From: Sulfolobales archaeon
GTDB lineage: Archaea; Thermoproteota; Thermoprotei_A; Sulfolobales; AG1
Assembly (NCBI GenBank): GCA_038867615.1
Contig: JAWBYA010000005.1
Coordinates: forward strand, 73,750-137,749
Length of the DNA stretch: 64,000 nucleotides
Direction: 5' to 3'
Position 1 is the stretch's first letter; the number at the start of each line of letters is the position of its first letter. Below, one piece after another: positions 28,830 to 38,664 of the stretch. A program made the position numbers and the translations under genes. Below the pieces are notes generated by a model that saw only the letters and a program-made list of their open reading frames with translations, ran no database searches and was not told where the DNA came from.

Positions 28830-28888
28830 GGGGCGGCGCGCCGGGGAGAACCCCCGTGACCGGGGTTCGAATCCCCGCCCGGCTACCA
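28830..28888 (+). tRNA. 3' half of tRNA-Gln (positions 38-76 at 28851-28888) with a 21-nt GC-rich leader, candidate split tRNA
   Basis: C CCCCG TGAC CGGGG TTCGAAT CCCCG CCCGGCT A CCA. The CCCGGCT-A acceptor strand matches crenarchaeal tRNA-Gln (5' AGCCGGG). Leader ends GGAG-AA. TATA AATAAAAG at 28800-28807. Confidence 0.8.
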
Positions 28889-29136
28889 CTATTATAACAG
28901 TGAACCCGGAACCTGTTTCCAGGAATTCATATTTATACTAGCTTCTCTACACTACCCTTTGGTTTTATAGTTCGTAGGTATAACACCGTGAAGCACTAGC
29001 CTCGGTTTTATGGCTTTTATATATCCCCTTATATGAGTTATATGGGCTGTCATATGGAATACCAACCCTCCACGCGATCAAAAACTCCACTCACACATCT
29101 CCGATCAATTGTTATTATTAACAAACCAAAGATCTG

Positions 29137-30249
29137 TTGGTGGGGTCTTTGATCAGGGTCGCGATTGTTGGTGTTGGTAATATAGCCTCGATGCTAGTCC
29201 AGTCTGTGTATATGTATAAGGCTAGAGGCTCTGTAGAGGGTGTGATGACCGAGAATATAGGGGGGTATAGGGTTGGGGATATAGATTTTGTAGCAGCCTT
29301 CGATATATCCCGTAGAAAGGTTGGTAAGGATCTCGGTGAAGCTATATACGAGCCCCCCAACAGCGTCCCAAGGATCTTCGATGTTAGGAGAACAGGTGTC
29401 ACAGTATCGCCAGGCCCTGTTCTAGACGGTGTGGCTCCCCATATGAGGAGTGTTTTTGAACCTATAGAGACTAACACCGGGCTTGGGGATATCGTTGACA
29501 TCCTTAGATCTTCCAAAGCCGAGGTTGTGGTAAACCTACTCCCCGTAGGAAGCGAGGAAGCCTCTAGACTCTACGCAAGAGCCTCCCTCGAGGCTGGTGC
29601 TGCCTTTATAAACGCGATCCCTGTTTTCATAGCAAGCGATCCAAGCAATACTTGGCAGAAGCTATACAGAGAGGCCAGGATCCCCCTACTTGGCGACGAT
29701 ATAAAGGGGCAGGTTGGTGCTACTATTCTCCACAGAACCCTTATAAAGCTCCTCCACATGAGAGGGGTTCTCATAGACGAGACATACCAGTTAAACGTTG
29801 GGGGTAATACTGATTTCCTCAACATGGTTGATGAAGAGAGACTATATTCCAAAAGGATCAGCAAGACAAGGGCTGTGACAAGCATACTCCCCTACGGCGA
29901 TAAGCTTGAGAACGAGGGGAGGGTGAGGATAGGCCCGAGCGACTATATACCCTTCCTCAACAACACGAAGATAGCATATATATACATAAAAGGAAGATCC
30001 TTCGGAGGCCTTCCAGTAACGCTTGAGGCTAAGCTAAGCGTGGATGACAAGTCAATGGCAGCTGCAGTTCTGCTAGACGCGATAAGGGTCGCCAAACTAG
30101 CCCTCGACAGAGGACACGGCGGCCCTATAAGAGGCCCTAGTGCGTATCTATTTAAACACCCACCGATCCAGGCACCAGACGATGAGACCGCGTATAGATG
30201 GTTCCTAGAATATGTTGAGAAAGGTATCGATATAAACGATGCTAGATAG
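29137..30249 (+). CDS. ino1: myo-inositol-1-phosphate synthase
   Basis: [41 protein letters not shown] and IGPSDY. Confidence 0.95.
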   Translation: MVGSLIRVAIVGVGNIASMLVQSVYMYKARGSVEGVMTENIGGYRVGDIDFVAAFDISRRKVGKDLGEAIYEPPNSVPRIFDVRRTGVTVSPGPVLDGVAPHMRSVFEPIETNTGLGDIVDILRSSKAEVVVNLLPVGSEEASRLYARASLEAGAAFINAIPVFIASDPSNTWQKLYREARIPLLGDDIKGQVGATILHRTLIKLLHMRGVLIDETYQLNVGGNTDFLNMVDEERLYSKRISKTRAVTSILPYGDKLENEGRVRIGPSDYIPFLNNTKIAYIYIKGRSFGGLPVTLEAKLSVDDKSMAAAVLLDAIRVAKLALDRGHGGPIRGPSAYLFKHPPIQAPDDETAYRWFLEYVEKGIDINDAR

Positions 30250-30393
30250 CATCACAACAAGATCTTAAATACACCGGGTAAACGGTATCGAAACCCTGTA
30301 CCAGGATATCCAAAGCTTTTCTAACCCTGTGCGGAGTTATTATTTGGATGATGAGGCGGGCAGCATAGGATCGATTGGTGAATGCCCCTTAGT

Positions 30394-31044
30394 TCACTCT
30401 GACGCCCTGTCTATTATATAACCCTTGATCTCCCTCGCAGTTCCCTGTCTCCTCCGCGTTTCCCTAGCCTTTTTCTTTGATACGAAGTACTTTATAGCCT
30501 CACCAAGATCCCCGAAGATCTTCTCCCTACACTTCCTATTCCGAGGACAGCTAGGGTTAGGTATAACATAGACCTCAACCTGTCTACCCCGCCTATATAT
30601 GGTTTCACGCCTCACCATGGATATGAATTCCCTATACACCTCTATAGCTTCTCTAGCCCTAGCCATATAGATCTTCGGGCACTGACCCACTCCCCTGGCT
30701 ATATGCCTAGCCATATAACTTCTAGCCCTGAACCTTCTACCACAGTATGGGCATTTCTTCTCAAGCACGCTCGAGACCTCTGGGTATAGCTCTATGAGCG
30801 TAAGCCTCAGCCACCTATACTTATCGCTCTTATCTAGAAGAATATCAGCTGTGCTCACTCCCTCTACATTGAGCTCTAGCTGCGGCTCTCCGTCTTTCTT
30901 CATGCCTAGGTATTCGTATATTATCTCCTTAATGATAAAGGATCTACTAACCCCCCTCTCCCTAGCCATCTCATCGAGAGCGTCTATCACCTCTACATCC
31001 AGCGTAACAGATATGCTTACCTCAGAGGACTTCTCCCGAGCCAA
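30394..31044 (-). CDS. RHH (CopG) plus C2H2-type zinc finger DNA-binding protein
   Basis: ISVTLD...LDEMARERGVSRSFII and KCPYCGRRFRARSYMARH. Confidence 0.75.
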   Translation of the reverse strand: MAREKSSEVSISVTLDVEVIDALDEMARERGVSRSFIIKEIIYEYLGMKKDGEPQLELNVEGVSTADILLDKSDKYRWLRLTLIELYPEVSSVLEKKCPYCGRRFRARSYMARHIARGVGQCPKIYMARAREAIEVYREFISMVRRETIYRRGRQVEVYVIPNPSCPRNRKCREKIFGDLGEAIKYFVSKKKARETRRRQGTAREIKGYIIDRASE

Positions 31045-31048
31045 GGTC

Positions 31049-31189
31049 TCACCTCAGCTTCTTTCTAACATACCCCTCAATGATCGATCTTATAAGCTCG
31101 CTCCTAGAAAGACCCCTCTCCCTAGCAATCCTATCTAGAAGTTCTAAGACATCCCTGCTTAAGCTAAAATTCACAATCCTCTGGGGCAT
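31049..31189 (-). CDS. Small CopG/RHH protein
   Basis: MPQRIVNFSLSRDVLELLDRIARERGLSRSELIRSII from ATG at 31189. Confidence 0.8.
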   Translation of the reverse strand: MPQRIVNFSLSRDVLELLDRIARERGLSRSELIRSIIEGYVRKKLR

Positions 31190-31264
31190 AAGAACCACTA
31201 ATAAACAAGACACAGGCAACCTAATATGTAATGACAAATCACACCAAGCTTGTTCGAAGCTCCT

Positions 31265-32026
31265 CTAGAGGGCTTTTATTGTAGCCCTTAGGGAGCCCCC
31301 TCTATTGGAAAAGATCTCCTCTATACCCTTTAACCCCCTCTCACCCAGGCTCTCTAAAACCTCATCATATCTATTTATAATCCTCATTAGATGTTCAAAA
31401 TCCCCCTCTGTTGGGAGTGATTCGAGTGATAATGTGAACATACAACCCATACTCACTATCCCGCAGACCACGCCCCCGCTGCTTAGAAGCTCTAAACAGC
31501 TCTCTAGATCCGGTCTCGAGGGGATGCAGTTCTCGGGCGGGTGGGTGTGGGCTATTGCTATGGCTTCGTCTATCCATGGAACCCTCACCTTATGCTTCTC
31601 ACCCTCGAGTATAACCCATTTAGAGCTGTAGAGGAGGATCGACATATACTCAACACCCCCTCTATAGGCTGTCTCCAGAGCGAATGGTTTCATTAGATCC
31701 CTTATATCCTGCTCAATGGTTTCTGAGAGCACTCTATATAGATCCCTGAGCCCTACGCCATAGCCAGAGGATCCCCTAGAGATCCTCACCCTCCTCCCAA
31801 TGGAATCCTCGATGCTCCTCACAACCTCTTTGAAGATATGCTCGGGCTCCTCACACATAGAAACCCTTATCTCAAGCACATCCCTATAAACATCCCCAAT
31901 GCTGGTTAAACGCGGGTCGAGACATCCGAGCTCCTCAACCACATACTCCATAGCCTCGATAGCCTTGTAGATAGATATAGCCCTAGCACCCCTCTCAGTA
32001 GATCTCTCTATAACAAGCCTACCCAT
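31265..32026 (-). CDS. JAB/MPN+ (JAMM) domain protein
   Basis: E...HTHPPENCIPSRPD matches the HxH-x7-S-x2-D metalloprotease motif. Confidence 0.7.
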   Translation of the reverse strand: MGRLVIERSTERGARAISIYKAIEAMEYVVEELGCLDPRLTSIGDVYRDVLEIRVSMCEEPEHIFKEVVRSIEDSIGRRVRISRGSSGYGVGLRDLYRVLSETIEQDIRDLMKPFALETAYRGGVEYMSILLYSSKWVILEGEKHKVRVPWIDEAIAIAHTHPPENCIPSRPDLESCLELLSSGGVVCGIVSMGCMFTLSLESLPTEGDFEHLMRIINRYDEVLESLGERGLKGIEEIFSNRGGSLRATIKAL

Positions 32027-32116
32027 AGATACTGAATACCAAAGGATATAGGGATACTCAGCCTTTAAACAACACTATCTAAAACACACTACAAACATAT
32101 CCAGGCTAAGCGATCC

Positions 32117-32725
32117 TTAGCTTTGATCCCCAGCCATAGCCGTCCCCCTGATTATAAGCCACGGTTTAAGACACGCCTCTCTCCACCACTTTCTAGCCTT
32201 CTTCCCATCAGCACTACATACCTCTTCCAGGCTGGCTCCTCCAGAGTCTCTCTTTATAGCCACAAGATCATCCTCATAACCACATGTCTCCATCCTCAGA
32301 GTCTCCACCGCCCTATAACCACAGACCTTCGAGACCTCTCCCCATGAATAAACACTATACCCCATAGACTGGAACAGAGCGATCGAAGGATCGTTATCGC
32401 CAGATATAGTTGCAACAAAATAATCCACACCACGCATCGATAAAACCTCCTCAGCCGATGCCAAGAGCACCCTCCCATAACCCCGACCCCTATATCTCGG
32501 GAGGATCGCTATATAGTAGATAACACCCAGAACCCTTGATCCCAGATCTAATCTATATACCACCGACTGCCCCACAAGCTCTCCAGATCTATATAGATCT
32601 ATCGTAACACCTCCAAGCCTCTTAACAGCCCTCGCAAAATAGCTATGCCACCTACCCATAGAGATCTCTATCACAGGCAAAGTAGAAAAATCATCCTGAA
32701 TAAAGGCTACGAGATCCTCTTCCAT
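32117..32725 (-). CDS. GNAT acetyltransferase
   Basis: IAILPRYRGRGYG and NDPSIALFQSMGY. Confidence 0.9.
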   Translation of the reverse strand: MEEDLVAFIQDDFSTLPVIEISMGRWHSYFARAVKRLGGVTIDLYRSGELVGQSVVYRLDLGSRVLGVIYYIAILPRYRGRGYGRVLLASAEEVLSMRGVDYFVATISGDNDPSIALFQSMGYSVYSWGEVSKVCGYRAVETLRMETCGYEDDLVAIKRDSGGASLEEVCSADGKKARKWWREACLKPWLIIRGTAMAGDQS

Positions 32726-33182
32726 ACTTACACCAGATCACGGACTCTCAGTATAAACACCGTGTAGAGGTATATAAGCACTACTGCTCCTGAACACTCC
32801 TGATCCGCAATTAAATGACTATAGGCACAACCGATCCGCCCGCTATGGTGAGGCTGGACAGCATAGACATTCTATCCGCAGGAGTAAACACTAGCATAGT
32901 GCAAATCCACATAGTGGTAAGGCTAAGCATATTTCCACCAAGCTATCTAGTGTATATAGCGCTTACTTAGGGATCTATGTCTTATATTTACAAACAATAC
33001 CCGAATACTAATATGGCTCATATATTGGCATAAGTGATCATATATATGAGCCATAAACAGGATCTAGGTATGGTCTAATACTACTTAATAGAATAAAGAG
33101 CATACCAAACCTAGGGGCAGGGCCTGCTGTTCATTTGAAAATATAGGATCATTTAGGTATATAGTTTTAGGTATGTGTCGAA

Positions 33183-33599
33183 CTATCCCAAGATCCTCCG
33201 TTTTAGCTGGGTATGTAGTAGGTAGCCTATAAGCGTGAAGAGTATGATTTGTGCAATCAATAATAATATAGCAGCGATCCCTAGCATCACTGCTTCCCGT
33301 AGTAGGAGGACTGTGATGAGGATAATACCGCCGGCAAGACTCGCATAGAGTAAAATACTACCAGCATACACCTCACCTGGTGAGGAGGGAGGTCGTTTCC
33401 ACTCTCCCGAGGCTATTAAGTATGCTGATGCTATTACGAGTATAACGCCCGCCATAGTACCCCAGACCCATGGTTCACTGCTCTGAACCCACATAATAAC
33501 TCCTGGAACCAGAAGGCTTAATCCAGCCAATAATATAATAATATAGGCTACTATGCGAAACAGCATCACAACCCATAAATACCTCTCCCAGAATCCCAC
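33183..33599 (-). CDS. Hypothetical 4-TM membrane protein
   Basis: Four hydrophobic segments. Confidence 0.6.
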   Translation of the reverse strand: MGFWERYLWVVMLFRIVAYIIILLAGLSLLVPGVIMWVQSSEPWVWGTMAGVILVIASAYLIASGEWKRPPSSPGEVYAGSILLYASLAGGIILITVLLLREAVMLGIAAILLLIAQIILFTLIGYLLHTQLKRRILG

Positions 33600-33824
33600 G
33601 CTCTAGTTCCCTGGAATATAAACATAGGTTAAGGCATATATCTGCGTAAACATTATTCCCACAACTAACTCTACATGAACAAACCTAACCATAAGGGCGA
33701 ATAATAGCATAACCATAAGACTGGTATATAGCTATCTTCTTGTAGAATTTTTGATATATTCACCATGTGCTTATAAAAAATAAATTCTTGCCCTATTGTC
33801 ATCAGCATAAGTTTAATGGGAGTT

Positions 33825-34487
33825 CTAACCTCCATATATGGAGTCCCAGAACATACCCTCGTACTTCTGGATCAGTGTTGCTGCTACAACCATTGAGGCC
33901 TTCTCGGCTGGGTAGTATTTTGATGCAATGGCCAAGGATCTCTCTATAAACTGATCATATGGCGGACTGAAGATCTTGAAGAACCCTAGGTTCTTATACC
34001 CGTATTTCTTCTCCAAAGCATTTCCTAAGGTTGATGAAGCCTGGCCCCATGTTGGGAAGTTCACTGCGAATGCGAATGCAATAACCCCGGGGCTTGCGTA
34101 TTGGGATAGCCATGAGATATAGTGGGTATATGCAACAGCCATGGGTCTTACAGAGGCTTCAGAGGGTTTGACGGGCTCTATGCCCAGCTCTATGAGGAAG
34201 CTTTTCAGCTCTTGGAGGGCTTTGTAATCCACATCGACAGCTGCTTTGAAATAATCTATCTCATCCATATCCCTTGCTCTTGAGAGCATTACTGCAAGGG
34301 ATCTTAGGTCGTGGTTCACGATATACCATTGGTTTATAGCGAACCTCTTGATCGCGTCGACGCTTAGCCTCCCATCAAGGGCTTCAGAGATCATTGGGTG
34401 TTTGGTAACCCTCTCCTCAAGATCTTTCAGAGATCTTCTTAGATCCTCGTAGAAACTCCTAATATCACCAACACCCACGAGGATCAC
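33825..34487 (-). CDS. tenA: TenA/THI-4 family protein
   Basis: HPMI, FAINQWYIVNHD, AVAYTHY and YEGMFWD. Confidence 0.88.
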   Translation of the reverse strand: MILVGVGDIRSFYEDLRRSLKDLEERVTKHPMISEALDGRLSVDAIKRFAINQWYIVNHDLRSLAVMLSRARDMDEIDYFKAAVDVDYKALQELKSFLIELGIEPVKPSEASVRPMAVAYTHYISWLSQYASPGVIAFAFAVNFPTWGQASSTLGNALEKKYGYKNLGFFKIFSPPYDQFIERSLAIASKYYPAEKASMVVAATLIQKYEGMFWDSIYGG

Positions 34488-34561
34488 CAGTGGTGTTGCT
34501 AATAATCAGGTTAATAAGCGTCTATAGACGTTCTATAGCTGTTATAGGTGATCAGAAGGTT

Positions 34562-34948
34562 CTAGGGCTCTCCACCCAGCGATACGGATCTGAACTCGCC
34601 GAGCTTTACAGATCTGAAGAAACAAGACCTATTACCCGTATGGCATGCCGGCCCCGAGGGTCTTGCTAGATATATTATTGAGTCACCATCACAGTCGACA
34701 AGGATCTCCTCAACCCTTATTACATTCCCCGAGGTCTCGCCCTTCATCCAAAGCCTCCCCCTAGATCTGCTCCAGAAGTACGCGTAGCCAGTCTCTATGG
34801 TCTTCTCAACAGCTTCTCTATTAGCATAGGCTAGCATTAACACCTCCCTACTCTCTATATCTTGAACAACCACTGGTAACAAGCCTCCCCCTTTATCGAA
34901 GTCAAGCATGCTCAGTATCTTTTCCTTCAGCCTCTCATCACGTGTCAA
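34562..34948 (-). CDS. hisI: Phosphoribosyl-AMP cyclohydrolase
   Basis: WMKGETSG, DCDGD and ACHTGNRSCF. Confidence 0.96.
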   Translation of the reverse strand: MTRDERLKEKILSMLDFDKGGGLLPVVVQDIESREVLMLAYANREAVEKTIETGYAYFWSRSRGRLWMKGETSGNVIRVEEILVDCDGDSIIYLARPSGPACHTGNRSCFFRSVKLGEFRSVSLGGEP

Positions 34949-35700
34949 GGGATCCTTACCCTCACTCCGAGTCTTGAGAGGATCTCCTTAACCTCGTATA
35001 CCTTGTATATCTCATAGTGAAATATAGATGCTGCTAGAACAGCTGAGGCCCCCGCACCCACAGCCCTAGCCATATCCTCTGGAGAGCCCGCGCCCCCGCT
35101 CGCGATTATAGGTATATTGACAGCCCTTGAGATTAGTGAGATGAGCTCCAAATCATACCCAGATCTATTACCATCAGCATCTATAGATGTTAGCAAAACC
35201 TCGCCAGCACCAAGCTCGACGGCCCTCGAAGCCCAGGTTGCTGGGTCTAGCGGTGTCTCCACCCTACCCCCGCTTATAAATACCCTGTAACCATCTCTAG
35301 ATCTTTTAGCATCTATAGCTATAACCGTCGATTGGGATCCATAGATCCTCGAGATCTCTGTTATAAGCTTTGGATTCCTAACAGCATGTGTGTTAACGCT
35401 AACCTTATCAGCACCAGCCCTGAATAGCTTCTCAGCATCCTCAAGGCTTCTAACACCTCCCCCAGCCAATATAGGGATCGAGATCTCCTTCGCGATCCTC
35501 CTGAGAACATCTATAGAGAACTCCCTATCCTCGGGAGAGGCGCTTATATCGAGAACAGCTATCTCATCAGCACCCTCAGCCTCATACCTCCTAGCAAGCT
35601 CGACAGGATCTCCTACTCTCTGCAGCTCTCTGAAACTCTTACCCTTAACAACAACCCCTCTATCCATATCGAGGCATGGGATAACCCTTATATAGACCAT
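34945..35700 (-). CDS. hisF: Imidazole glycerol phosphate synthase cyclase subunit
   Basis: RVIPCLD, GADKVSVN, LTSIDADG and ASGGAG. ATG at 35700 preferred. Confidence 0.96.
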   Translation of the reverse strand: MVYIRVIPCLDMDRGVVVKGKSFRELQRVGDPVELARRYEAEGADEIAVLDISASPEDREFSIDVLRRIAKEISIPILAGGGVRSLEDAEKLFRAGADKVSVNTHAVRNPKLITEISRIYGSQSTVIAIDAKRSRDGYRVFISGGRVETPLDPATWASRAVELGAGEVLLTSIDADGNRSGYDLELISLISRAVNIPIIASGGAGSPEDMARAVGAGASAVLAASIFHYEIYKVYEVKEILSRLGVRVRIP

Positions 35701-35704
35701 GGTC

Positions 35705-36424
35705 TCACCTCTCGAGAGACACAAGATCCTTTGGATCTATAAGCCCCTCGTAAAAAGCCTTCCCAACAACAACGCCTCTGAAACCCTCCCTAGCAAGGAT
35801 CTCCAGATCACCTATGCCCTGAACACCGCCTGAGTATACCACAGACCCTCTATACCTAGGAGGTATCGATGATACGAAAACAGAGTCTAGACCACTAAGG
35901 CTACCATCCCTCTCCGTATTGGTTATGAGGAAGAGTTTATAACCTATGGAGGAGAACCTCTCGAGGATCTCGTTTAGAGTAAAGCCGGAAGAGATCCTCC
36001 AACCGCTGTGAACAACAAGCCCTCCCCTAGCATCAGCTGCCAGAACAACCCTATCAGCACCCCTCTCAAGGGCTTCAAAAGGATCTATCATCCCCCTATA
36101 TATAGCGGTCCCCACAACAACCCTATCAGCCCCAGCATCTATCGCTGCATCTAGATCCCCGATCCCCCTTATACCCCCGCCCACGGTTACAAACCCACCA
36201 GCATCTTTAAGAGCCCTTACTAGTGAGAGGACATATTTCCCAATAACCCTCCCCTCTATAGCGGCTTCCAAATCAACCACATGGATCCTCCTAACACCTC
36301 TATCAAGGATCTCGAGACCCTTAGCCAGAGGATCCCTCGAATACACCTTAACACTACCTGGATCTCCTCTAAGCATTCTCACAACAGAGCCTCTATAGAT
36401 ATCGAGGGAGACATGGATCTCCAT
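35705..36424 (-). CDS. hisA: ProFAR isomerase
   Basis: HVVDLE, VGGGIR, RDGSLSG, YSGGV and VGKAFY. Confidence 0.93.
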   Translation of the reverse strand: MEIHVSLDIYRGSVVRMLRGDPGSVKVYSRDPLAKGLEILDRGVRRIHVVDLEAAIEGRVIGKYVLSLVRALKDAGGFVTVGGGIRGIGDLDAAIDAGADRVVVGTAIYRGMIDPFEALERGADRVVLAADARGGLVVHSGWRISSGFTLNEILERFSSIGYKLFLITNTERDGSLSGLDSVFVSSIPPRYRGSVVYSGGVQGIGDLEILAREGFRGVVVGKAFYEGLIDPKDLVSLER

Positions 36425-36425
36425 A

Positions 36426-37031
36426 TCATCCCCTCATATAGCTTAGAAGCGCTTCAGCAAACACCCTCCCAGAAACACCTGATCTCTCAGGGTGGAACTG
36501 GGTAGCAACTATATTGCCTTTAACAACTAGAGACGGGATCTCGAGTGAGCCGTAGTATGAGACCCCAACAACACTATCGGTAGATTTAGCATAGTATGAA
36601 TGAGCATAGTAGAAGTCAAGACCCTCGAGCCGTGTCCATGGCTCTAGGGGGTTCTTGATCCTGAGCGGGGCCCAACCGATCCTAGGGATCCTTAGCCCTG
36701 TCTCGCTAGGGATCCTCACAACCCTGCCTTGAAGCACTCCCAACCCTTTTCCAGACCCTTCATCGCTCTCCTCGAAGAGGATCTGCATTCCTAGACATAC
36801 CCCTAATACATAGCCTCCCCTAGCGGTAAGACTCTCTATAGCTTCCCTCAAACCCTCGATCCTTCTGATCAGTGCTGAGAAGTTCCCAACGCCTGGGAGG
36901 ATCAATAGATCCGCTGTCGCCATATCCATAGGGTTGCTTGCAATCAGGGGTTTTGCTCCAAAATTCCTCTCCACATAGTTGGCTAGGTTACCAAGATTCC
37001 CTATACCGTTATCCGCTATAGCGATCCTCAT
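36426..37031 (-). CDS. hisH: Imidazole glycerol phosphate synthase glutaminase subunit
   Basis: LPGVG, GVCLGMQ, YAHSY and QFHPE. Confidence 0.95.
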   Translation of the reverse strand: MRIAIADNGIGNLGNLANYVERNFGAKPLIASNPMDMATADLLILPGVGNFSALIRRIEGLREAIESLTARGGYVLGVCLGMQILFEESDEGSGKGLGVLQGRVVRIPSETGLRIPRIGWAPLRIKNPLEPWTRLEGLDFYYAHSYYAKSTDSVVGVSYYGSLEIPSLVVKGNIVATQFHPERSGVSGRVFAEALLSYMRG

Positions 37032-37597
37032 TACGCAACACCCTTAGAGCTGATAACCCCTCCTCCTGTTAGTTCTGATGCTTGTTTGAGAGATACCCCC
37101 AGGGCTTTGAAACAGGCTTCAGCGATATGGTGAGGATCCTCCCCATAGATCTTGAGGGCGTGGAGAGTGAAAACTCCCGAGGAGCTCATGCTCCTGAGGA
37201 AATGCTCTATGTTGCGTCCATCAACATCCTCAATCCTGGATCCGCTTAGGTCTAGGCTTATCCTGCTATAGGTTCTCCTAACAAGATCTATTGCCACAGC
37301 TACTAGAGCATCATCCATAGGGATCAATGCATACCCAAACCTCCTTATCCCAACCCTGTCGCCCAGAGCCTTTGAGATAGCATCCCCGAGGGTTATCCCC
37401 ACATCCTCTATAACGTGGTGCTCAAGATCCCCTGTAGCCTCCACCCTAACCCCTATTCCTCCATGGTGGGCCATGGTTTCTAGCATGTGGGTGAGAAACC
37501 TATATGGGGTTTTCACGCTATAGCCAGGGGTATCTAGATCAACCTCGACAGAGATCCTGACTTCCCTTGTCTCTCTATAGGATCTTCCGACCCTCAT
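37031..37597 (-). CDS. hisB: Imidazoleglycerol-phosphate dehydratase
   Basis: HHVIED, PMDDAL, HHIAEACFKA and SSKG. Confidence 0.96.
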   Translation of the reverse strand: MRVGRSYRETREVRISVEVDLDTPGYSVKTPYRFLTHMLETMAHHGGIGVRVEATGDLEHHVIEDVGITLGDAISKALGDRVGIRRFGYALIPMDDALVAVAIDLVRRTYSRISLDLSGSRIEDVDGRNIEHFLRSMSSSGVFTLHALKIYGEDPHHIAEACFKALGVSLKQASELTGGGVISSKGVA

Positions 37598-38658
37598 GGT
37601 CCTATATCCTCTAGGGTTTTGATCAACAGATCTATTACCTCCTCCCTCGGGACAGAGATCCTCATATACTGATCCCCCTCTCTGAAGAGCCCCCTATATA
37701 GCCTTACACACATACCTCTTGATCTAAGCATCTTGTCTATCAGATCCATATCTAGGCTTGGCCTCACAAACACGAAATTCGTCTGGGTATCGTAGGGTTT
37801 TAGATAATCAATACCCCTGAGCCTAGAGACAAGAACCTTTCTAAGCCTCTTAATCTCCTCAACATATCTAAGAATCTCCTCCCTAGCCCTGAGAGCCTCT
37901 ATCCCAACGAGTATGGAGAACTTGTTTATCTGGAATGGGAGCTTGATAACCCTTATAGCTCTAGACACATCGTTCCCAGCAACTATATAGCCGAGTCTGA
38001 GGCCTGCGAGGCCATATGCTTTAGAGAATGTTCTAACCACGGCTAGGTTTTCATAGCTATTAATAAGATCCTCCTGCCTATCGTCTGAGAACTCTATATA
38101 GGCTTGATCAACGACAACCAAACCCTTAGTGCTCTCAGCAACAGCCCTTATCAACCTCTTATCAACCAGATTACCCGTTGGATTGTTGGGGCTGCAGAGA
38201 AACACTAGATCTGATTTCGAAGCCTTATCAACAACAACATCTATATCAAGCCCGAAATCCCCTTCCCTCAGCGGTATATAGTCCACTCTATACCCCCTAA
38301 CAAGGGACCTCAAGGCATACATGGGGAAGCTTGGTTTGAGTGTAAGCACCCTGGGCTCTTTAACCAGAACACCTGCTAGCATTAGTAGTAGATCTATCGC
38401 TTCGTCAGCCCCGTTGGTTATGTTCACCATATCCCTCTCAACAGATAGCATCTCGGCCAGCATCTCTGCTAACTCCGCCTCTTCGCCCTGTGGATAGAGC
38501 CTCGGATCGGTTTTAGAGACAGCCCTAGCTATTATCTCACCAATAAGCTCTCTGGGTATTAAGAGATTCTCATTCTTATCCAGGGGGTATGCACAGCCAT
38601 TGCTAGCCTCGTAGACCGGGATATTGCTTCTCACAAAGGATCTGAGCCTTTCCATCAA
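37594..38658 (-). CDS. hisC: Histidinol-phosphate aminotransferase
   Basis: NGADE, CSPNNPTG, DQAY and RTFSKAYGLAGLRLGY. Confidence 0.95.
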   Translation of the reverse strand: MMERLRSFVRSNIPVYEASNGCAYPLDKNENLLIPRELIGEIIARAVSKTDPRLYPQGEEAELAEMLAEMLSVERDMVNITNGADEAIDLLLMLAGVLVKEPRVLTLKPSFPMYALRSLVRGYRVDYIPLREGDFGLDIDVVVDKASKSDLVFLCSPNNPTGNLVDKRLIRAVAESTKGLVVVDQAYIEFSDDRQEDLINSYENLAVVRTFSKAYGLAGLRLGYIVAGNDVSRAIRVIKLPFQINKFSILVGIEALRAREEILRYVEEIKRLRKVLVSRLRGIDYLKPYDTQTNFVFVRPSLDMDLIDKMLRSRGMCVRLYRGLFREGDQYMRISVPREEVIDLLIKTLEDIGP

Positions 38659-38664
38659 CTCCTT

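Noticed and set aside
28830-28960. Permuted tRNA or simple attR site
   Set aside because: No 5' half follows the CCA, and no integrase is nearby. The break at 37/38 with a BHB-compatible leader and promoter fits a split gene better, although an att remnant is not fully excluded.
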